64,000 nt of DNA from Bdellovibrionota bacterium (GTDB taxonomy: Bacteria > Bdellovibrionota_C > UBA2361 > JBIKUX01): assembly GCA_044347345.1 (NCBI GenBank), contig JBIKUX010000007.1, positions 1 through 64,000 of the forward strand. Direction: 5' to 3'. Positions 58,489-64,000 of this stretch are shown piece by piece. Each line of letters starts with the position of its first letter. The stretch's first letter is position 1. Both the position numbers and the translations under genes were made by a program. The notes under the pieces were generated by a model. The model was not told the origin of the DNA. It made no database searches and saw only the letters and a program-made list of their open reading frames with translations.

Positions 58489-59679
58489 TTAGCCAATCAA
58501 CCCTTCAAAAAGCTCTTTGGGAGATTCAGCAGAGAGTAATCTATCTCCAATCTCTCGGGTGATGAGCAGCGTCTTCGACTCTGGATATTCCTGCTTAAAG
58601 GCATTGAGCCCTTTGTAACCCGCATCTTTTCCCGACTTGATCTCAACCGCACAGGTAAATTTCGGACTCTCGACAACAACATCAACATCCTGTCGGGAGT
58701 TAGACCAATAGTGAAGTTGATACTCCATGGTGTTAAATAGCGAGATCATCGCCGCCTCGTACACGTGACCGAACCATGCGCTGTCATGGCGTATTTTGGT
58801 GGGGTCATTTAGCCCATGAATCAGAGCACTCGCAAGAGGAATAATTTTTGGGCTTGATGTTCGTTGTCGTATTTTACCACCGGAGTATCGATAAAGAAGC
58901 TTGAGTAGAAAGCCTTTCTCCATGAGCTCGAGGTAGTTCTTGATGGTAGATGAAGCGGACTTTTCATTCAGTTGCCCTACCAATTTCGAGAAGGAGATCT
59001 CCTGACAGGGGAGAGAAAGGACAATGTGCAGCAACTGCCTAAAGACAGCCGTATTGATAACTGGCCGGAGAGAAAAAATATCTTTGGTGATAATCGGCTC
59101 TATGATGGCGTCTCTAATGAAATTTGAGCACCGCTCAAACTCCTGACTGGATCTCTTCTTCAGCAACTCACCTAGTATCGGATAGCCACCAAAGGTTAGG
59201 TAATCATACAGGTTCCATTGGTAGAGCGAACTCATTTCATAATGACTCCAGTGTGGAGCCTTTATGAGTTCAAAACGACCAAGCAGGCTCTCTTCGCCTT
59301 GCAGCAAAAGATCGAGGTTGGAAGAACCCAAGATAACGACGCTTAACTCTCTTCTGCTTCTCTCTTCGTCATACAGCTCTTTGATCAGCGGTGCCCACCC
59401 AGAAACGTTCTGTATTTCATCGAATGCGATTATTTTATGTCCAGGAATCCTTTTAATCTGTTCCCATTCAAACCGTATAGTTTGATGAGGATCAGAACCA
59501 GGGTTATCAAACTGCACATACCTTGCACGATCAGGAAAGGTCTGTAGAAGCGTCTTAATGGCTGTGGTCTTTCCCACCTGTCTTGGGCCACACAAAACCT
59601 GAATCAGTGGCGTGAAAGACGTCAGACGCTCTTCCAATATCCCGTAGAATTGTCTAGTAAAAACAGCTTGTTTTGCCAT
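58489..59679 (-). CDS. AAA_14-type ATP-binding protein with DUF4143 domain (intact)
   Basis: GPRQVGKTT, FDEIQN, ESLLGRF, GGYP, SSPK, DVDVVV..VEIKSG. Confidence 0.88.
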   Translation of the reverse strand: MAKQAVFTRQFYGILEERLTSFTPLIQVLCGPRQVGKTTAIKTLLQTFPDRARYVQFDNPGSDPHQTIRFEWEQIKRIPGHKIIAFDEIQNVSGWAPLIKELYDEERSRRELSVVILGSSNLDLLLQGEESLLGRFELIKAPHWSHYEMSSLYQWNLYDYLTFGGYPILGELLKKRSSQEFERCSNFIRDAIIEPIITKDIFSLRPVINTAVFRQLLHIVLSLPCQEISFSKLVGQLNEKSASSTIKNYLELMEKGFLLKLLYRYSGGKIRQRTSSPKIIPLASALIHGLNDPTKIRHDSAWFGHVYEAAMISLFNTMEYQLHYWSNSRQDVDVVVESPKFTCAVEIKSGKDAGYKGLNAFKQEYPESKTLLITREIGDRLLSAESPKELFEGLIG

Positions 59680-59812
59680 AACTGCAAAATAGTAAAATAC
59701 ATCTCACTATTTTGCAAGATATATCTTACTATTTAGGGAGCCAAAGGCTTTAGCGCCAGTAAAGCCTTCTTGTCTCCCCTCCCCCTCCCCTCTCTCGCCT
59801 CTTACTCCCTCG

Positions 59813-60195
59813 CCTCTTACTCTCAGGGATGTAGAGAAACCGAAGCGTACAGCTGTATGGCACACACAACTTCAATAATTATGACCTAAACACCTCTAGG
59901 TCTCTGAGAAAAAGAGACAAAAGAGAGCTTGCAGCTCCTGGCCTACTCTATGTTTTTGGTGTCCCGCCAGTTCGCGTCGACATACTCAACAATCTAACTG
60001 GTGCCCGCTTTGCAACAGCTTGGAAGAAGCGAGTAACTAAGAACATAGAAGGTGTGAAGGCAAAGATAGTCGGTAAAGGCTCGCTTATTAAGTTAAGCGG
60101 AATCACTTAGTAGACACGTTTGATGAGCCTAGCCCACGAACTGGTGGCTCGCTCGTACTAGGCTCATCGGTAGTAGTACTAGCTACCACCACCGC
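59813..60195 (+). repeat. 383-bp direct repeat, copy 2
   Basis: Matches 44109-44491 at an offset of 15704 bp. Confidence 0.92.
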
Positions 60196-60348
60196 GGGGC
60201 TGACTAGAGATGCGAGCCTAGCTTGGCTTGGGCTTTCCTCGCCCCCCGCGCGTGCGAGCTGCGTCGTAGCCAAAGTATCGGGTAGTTGCCTCCCATCGGT
60301 CGGGGGGGAGATGTAAACCGAGAGCCTGGCAAGAAAGGTAAGCGGCTT
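60098..60348 (-). mobile_element. IS91-family transposase C-terminal remnant
   Basis: Frameshifted PLTFLARLSVYI, DRWEATTRYFGYDAARTRG, SSWARLIKRVY*V. Confidence 0.75.
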
Positions 60349-60439
60349 ACCCTGCCATAACACGACGCCTGCGGCGCTGCGCTAGGTAACGACTGCTACG
60401 CCGTCAGTCGAAAGCTTTGTGAGGGCAAGTGGCGCGGGT

Positions 60440-60667
60440 TCAAGGTAACGAGCCAAGAACTGGAGCTGCTAACTGCGAGCCGATAAACGTGCCGAGTAAT
60501 GCCCCGCCAATACCTAAAAAACTGGTGCCAACCAGTCCCATAGGGTCACGGCCTGGCATTAGAATTCGTGCGGCCAAGCCCACACCAAACCCCACCAAGG
60601 TAATAAAGAGGAGGCTTAAAGAAACTTGCTCCTGTAAAGATTCAATCAGTGCACGAATTTCTTCCAT
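60440..60667 (-). CDS. GlsB/YeaQ/YmgE-family membrane protein, probably 3'-truncated
   Basis: GLAARILMPGRDPMGLVGTSFLGIGGALLG. Confidence 0.7.
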   Translation of the reverse strand: MEEIRALIESLQEQVSLSLLFITLVGFGVGLAARILMPGRDPMGLVGTSFLGIGGALLGTFIGSQLAAPVLGSLP

Positions 60668-60955
60668 CGGTGGTTATCCAACTAGCAAGAATAACTAATA
60701 TTTAAACCGTTAGCACCGGACTATTTTTAGTGAGGCTGCTACCCAGAGCGACCAGGCTGTACAAAAAGATGTACCAGTTCGTAAGCAAACGCTGATTAGA
60801 GCAACAAAAATAGTGTAAGCGAGATAACGTATGCTGCCTACCATCCCACCACCCCGATAATATCCTCCCAAACCGGTCCATCTCAACATTCCCTAACTGG
60901 CACTAATACCAGGAGGAACCCCGTCTTCAACGTTACCGATATCCCCCGTAGTCCT

Positions 60956-61981
60956 TTGTTGCCAGCCGGTAGCGCCGCCCCAGATAACTTTTCACAAAAC
61001 AGTGAAATCTCGGGTATGACTCAAGTTAAAACCCCACAGGATCCGGAGTACTGGTGCGTTTCTGATGACAAGACCGAAATTCAAGTATTCTCAATCACAG
61101 CAGATGGTAAGCTTACCCTGCTGCGAGAAATTGACCCCTTTAGTGGTGACGAGGCGAAACGCCCTAAGTTCCCAGATTTCGAGGCATTAGCGGTCGTAGA
61201 CAACGCTTACGGCAATCCGCAAACAGTTATCATCTCAAGCGAGCCTAAATATGATAAGGAAACGAAAGCGCTGCTGGCACCGCAAACTTTCTACTCGTTA
61301 GATCTCTCTGATGGGTCGGTAACCACATACAGCCTGCCACTGGAATTAGAAGGCAAAAATGGCATAGAAGCAATCACGGTAATCGACTTGCCCGATGGCG
61401 AAAAGGCGATCGTCGCGATAACGGAAGATCCGCAAGGCCTCACGCACCAAGTGCTAACCTTACGCCTACCATCAATTACTAACCCAAACACTAAACTAAC
61501 TTTGCTAAACCAAGCAGAAATTGACCTTTCGGAGGTTCCCGCCGCTTTCGGGATAGACAACCCGGAGGAGAAGGTTATCCCGCAGATAAAAGAAGTATTT
61601 GCCGGCCCAGATGGCGACTTGAAATTTCTAGTTGGTTTATTCAACAAAGATTCAGACAACCCTAAGAATGCAAGTATTGTTTACTCGCTTAGCTTAGAGG
61701 GTGAGGCAAACAATGGGAAAACCGCCGAGACCGCTCCAAAGCTTGTGATTCACGACGAAGGGTTTGCTCCAAAAGAAGGTTTTTTTCCTGGGGTGCCGAC
61801 TATCGTGAATCCATGGTCAGACAATTACGAAGCTGCTGTTTATGGTCCGGATTGGGTTTTAAATCTGATTTCGGACAATAATTCTGACCCTAAGCAGGAC
61901 CAGAACCACCTTTGGGTTAATGATGCCCCTCAAGCCCCCAGAGCCCCCAGCGAGGCCTTAGTGAGTGCCTATGTATTATAA
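60956..61981 (+). CDS. Phytase-like esterase / beta-propeller protein
   Basis: CVSDD, DFEALA, GIEAIT, DNYEAA, LISDNN..Q motifs; start uncertain. Confidence 0.6.
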   Translation: MLPAGSAAPDNFSQNSEISGMTQVKTPQDPEYWCVSDDKTEIQVFSITADGKLTLLREIDPFSGDEAKRPKFPDFEALAVVDNAYGNPQTVIISSEPKYDKETKALLAPQTFYSLDLSDGSVTTYSLPLELEGKNGIEAITVIDLPDGEKAIVAITEDPQGLTHQVLTLRLPSITNPNTKLTLLNQAEIDLSEVPAAFGIDNPEEKVIPQIKEVFAGPDGDLKFLVGLFNKDSDNPKNASIVYSLSLEGEANNGKTAETAPKLVIHDEGFAPKEGFFPGVPTIVNPWSDNYEAAVYGPDWVLNLISDNNSDPKQDQNHLWVNDAPQAPRAPSEALVSAYVL

Positions 61982-62171
61982 GTGTCCCCGCCCCCCCGGA
62001 TGGATGGTCAAACGCCCAGCCCGGCACAATTCTGCGTTAGTAGCACCGACGGGTAGGAACAACTATAACCCCCATTGATTTTAGTAGCCTAGGTCTTAGG
62101 AATATTTAATATTGTGGTAATGCTGGGGAGTTTTTGTGTGCAATGTGGCCACGGAAGCACTAAAAACGGGT

Positions 62172-62253
62172 GACTTTGAACCTCCCTCTAAGTCTACCTC
62201 CCTCTAAGTCTCTGAGGGAAAGAGGTGGGGAAAGAGGTGGAGGAAAGAGGTGG
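62172..62253 (+). repeat. Block A, second copy, with internal tandem expansions
   Basis: GACTTTGAACCTC..TAAGTCTCTGAGGGAAAGAGGTGG; 16-bp duplication and three GGAAAGAGGTGG units. Confidence 0.8.
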
Positions 62254-62413
62254 AGATTGTCCCACACTAAATAAAGACTACTTTTCCATTTTATTGCAGT
62301 CCAAGGCTCAAGAAACCCTCTGATTAAAGCAGATGAGCTGATTCTGTGAACCAGTCATAATCCGCACGAGGATAGGGGAAGGAGCTTTCCTAGAATAACT
62401 GAGGAGAATAAAG

Positions 62414-63121
62414 ATGACTAACCCAGTTCACCAAAGTCAAACACTCGAAACGAGCACCACATCTGAGGTTTCAGCAGTCCATCACCCAGGTAGGAATTCA
62501 ACCTTACTTGCTCTTGTCACCGAAGCCCAACTCGATCTTGCGGCGAATCGATCGTTCATAGAAGAGCTCGTCAAACAATTTAATCAGCTAAACCCTATTC
62601 AGGTAGTCAGCGATCCAAGCACTGAGATAATCTCCATCCCGGAGGGTGCTATCCAGTTGGCTGAGGTAACCACCAATAGCTTATTCGATAACGGTCTCGG
62701 ACAAGCAATATTTGAATTGATGGCAACGGTCAAACCAGGTGACATAGTGGGAGTAGCCACTGAGACTCCTGATGTTTTTGGTGATGAAAAATTAGGAACT
62801 TTTGCGAGCTGGAATGTTGTGGGAAAGACTCCTGATGGCGACCTTGTCATAGAGGTGGCTACACAAACTGTTCACGCGAGTCACCAAAGACTCCTCGAGG
62901 AGGGTTATGACAAGATCAACCCACAATTTTTCGGTCCCGACATTATTCGTTTTGCTATAGACCCCCAGAATCCACGCTTTGATGGCACCGAGCTTATGTG
63001 GCCACGGCAGTATGATCGCTCTGGGAACAACATCGGGTGGAACCCGCAACTTTCTAGTGCCGTGTACGGAGAAGAGGTCAGAAGAGCCCTTCAACGAATT
63101 GGATATCCAAGCTCAGAGTAA
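62414..63121 (+). CDS. Hypothetical protein
   Basis: GAGGAG RBS and ATG; 235 aa; no motif recognised. Confidence 0.7.
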   Translation: MTNPVHQSQTLETSTTSEVSAVHHPGRNSTLLALVTEAQLDLAANRSFIEELVKQFNQLNPIQVVSDPSTEIISIPEGAIQLAEVTTNSLFDNGLGQAIFELMATVKPGDIVGVATETPDVFGDEKLGTFASWNVVGKTPDGDLVIEVATQTVHASHQRLLEEGYDKINPQFFGPDIIRFAIDPQNPRFDGTELMWPRQYDRSGNNIGWNPQLSSAVYGEEVRRALQRIGYPSSE

Positions 63122-63271
63122 GCCTCGGATGTTTTAGGTTCTCGCTTTGACGACTCACCAAGCACTTTTAGGACTCCCTACCTAACGACTCCCACACAAA
63201 TAGAGCTACAGATGATTCTTCCACCCGCAAAGAAGCTAGCTCACGCCTAAAAACAGCGTTTTGGCAATAAA

Positions 63272-63364
63272 GGCTGAGGCGATACTCTTTATACCATCCG
63301 AAATGCCTTCCCGCCTGTAAGAACAACCTCGCGGGCCATACTAGTTCCGGAATTTTGCAAGAGC
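63272..63364 (+). repeat. Block B, second copy (93 bp, 1 mismatch)
   Basis: Matches 56707-56799; AT-rich core-like DNA resumes immediately after. Confidence 0.92.
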
Positions 63365-63560
63365 TTCTTATTGGTATTTAATTTTGGTGAGTCAGTAGCA
63401 TTACTTAGAGTTTTAAAAATAGTCTCAATTTTAGCCTAAGTTATTATTGTTGATTTAATGGCGGTTAATCCATCCATCTAACAGCTTAGTTCATGTAACT
63501 AAATTTATTTTTAGACGGCAACACAACTGCACCCAACATACTTACATGCACCCACCATAC

Positions 63561-64000
63561 TTACAAACCAAACAACACGGTCTTTTGTCGCATATAACTT
63601 TCTGTAACTGTTTCTAAACAAGCCTCTCTACCAAAGCCTGAATTCTTAAAACCGCCGTAAGGTGTCCCCGGCCTAAAAACGATATTTTGATTGATCTGTA
63701 CGAAACCAGCTTCGGCCTCATTTGCAAATCGAAGCGCTTTACCAATATCGCGAGTCCAAAGGTATGCCGCCAACCCATAACTCGTATCATTGGCCGCGGC
63801 AAGCGCAGCATCAAAATCAGTAAAAGGAATAACAAGGCATACAGGTCCAAATATCTCTTCTTTAGCTAAACGAGAATCATTGCTAGCACCGTACACAATG
63901 GTTGGTCGACAGAAAAAACCCTCGCTAAAAATCTTAGATTCAGGAAGCTCACCCACTTGAGCAAGCTCAATTTGAGGGTCAGATTTAACCTCATGAATGT
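63561..64000 (-). CDS. Aldehyde dehydrogenase, C-terminal part (truncated by right edge)
   Basis: EEIFGPV, ANDTSYGLAA, PYGGFKNSGFGRE; frame stays open to 64000. Confidence 0.92.
   Translation of the reverse strand, partial: IHEVKSDPQIELAQVGELPESKIFSEGFFCRPTIVYGASNDSRLAKEEIFGPVCLVIPFTDFDAALAAANDTSYGLAAYLWTRDIGKALRFANEAEAGFVQINQNIVFRPGTPYGGFKNSGFGREACLETVTESYMRQKTVLFGL

Noticed and set aside
41930..63400. Integron cassette array
   Set aside because: No intI, no convincing attC (RYYYAAC...GTTRRRY) sites, and genes lie in mixed orientations.
9776..63869. Numerous short antisense or nested ORFs in the ORF track
   Set aside because: They overlap well-supported genes and show no motifs; treated as shadow ORFs.

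Overview
Bacterial chromosomal window from a diderm organism (TolC-family outer-membrane proteins, lipoproteins); the lineage cannot be assigned from the sequence alone. Positions 1 to ~39.5 kb are AT-rich and mostly housekeeping: arginase, GT2, rimO, a feoAB operon (with ilvC and an unannotated small Cys-rich membrane protein), two large GT-C-like membrane proteins, an HDOD/PAS-kinase/response-regulator module, czcCBA-type RND efflux, recD2, srkA, an ABC/HlyD/TolC exporter, a stand-alone mreB and hbd. A tRNA-Leu(TAA) at 18.5 kb has had its 3' half replaced by a 1.35-kb integrase-less islet. Positions ~39.5-63.4 kb are a visibly more GC-rich, decaying accessory region. It holds a DUF4397/DUF6502/lipoprotein module with two palindromic boxes, IS91- and IS3-family remnants (some duplicated after decay), and a four-gene polyol cluster (HAD phosphatase, mannitol 2-dehydrogenase, a strongly diverged paralog, fructokinase) between inverted IS91 fragments. 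It also holds three AAA/DUF4143 genes, an AbiEii-type pair with a DxN active site, an apparent empty-site/filled-site pair, and many short tandem duplications. Family assignments come from motifs recognised by eye; no database searches were run.
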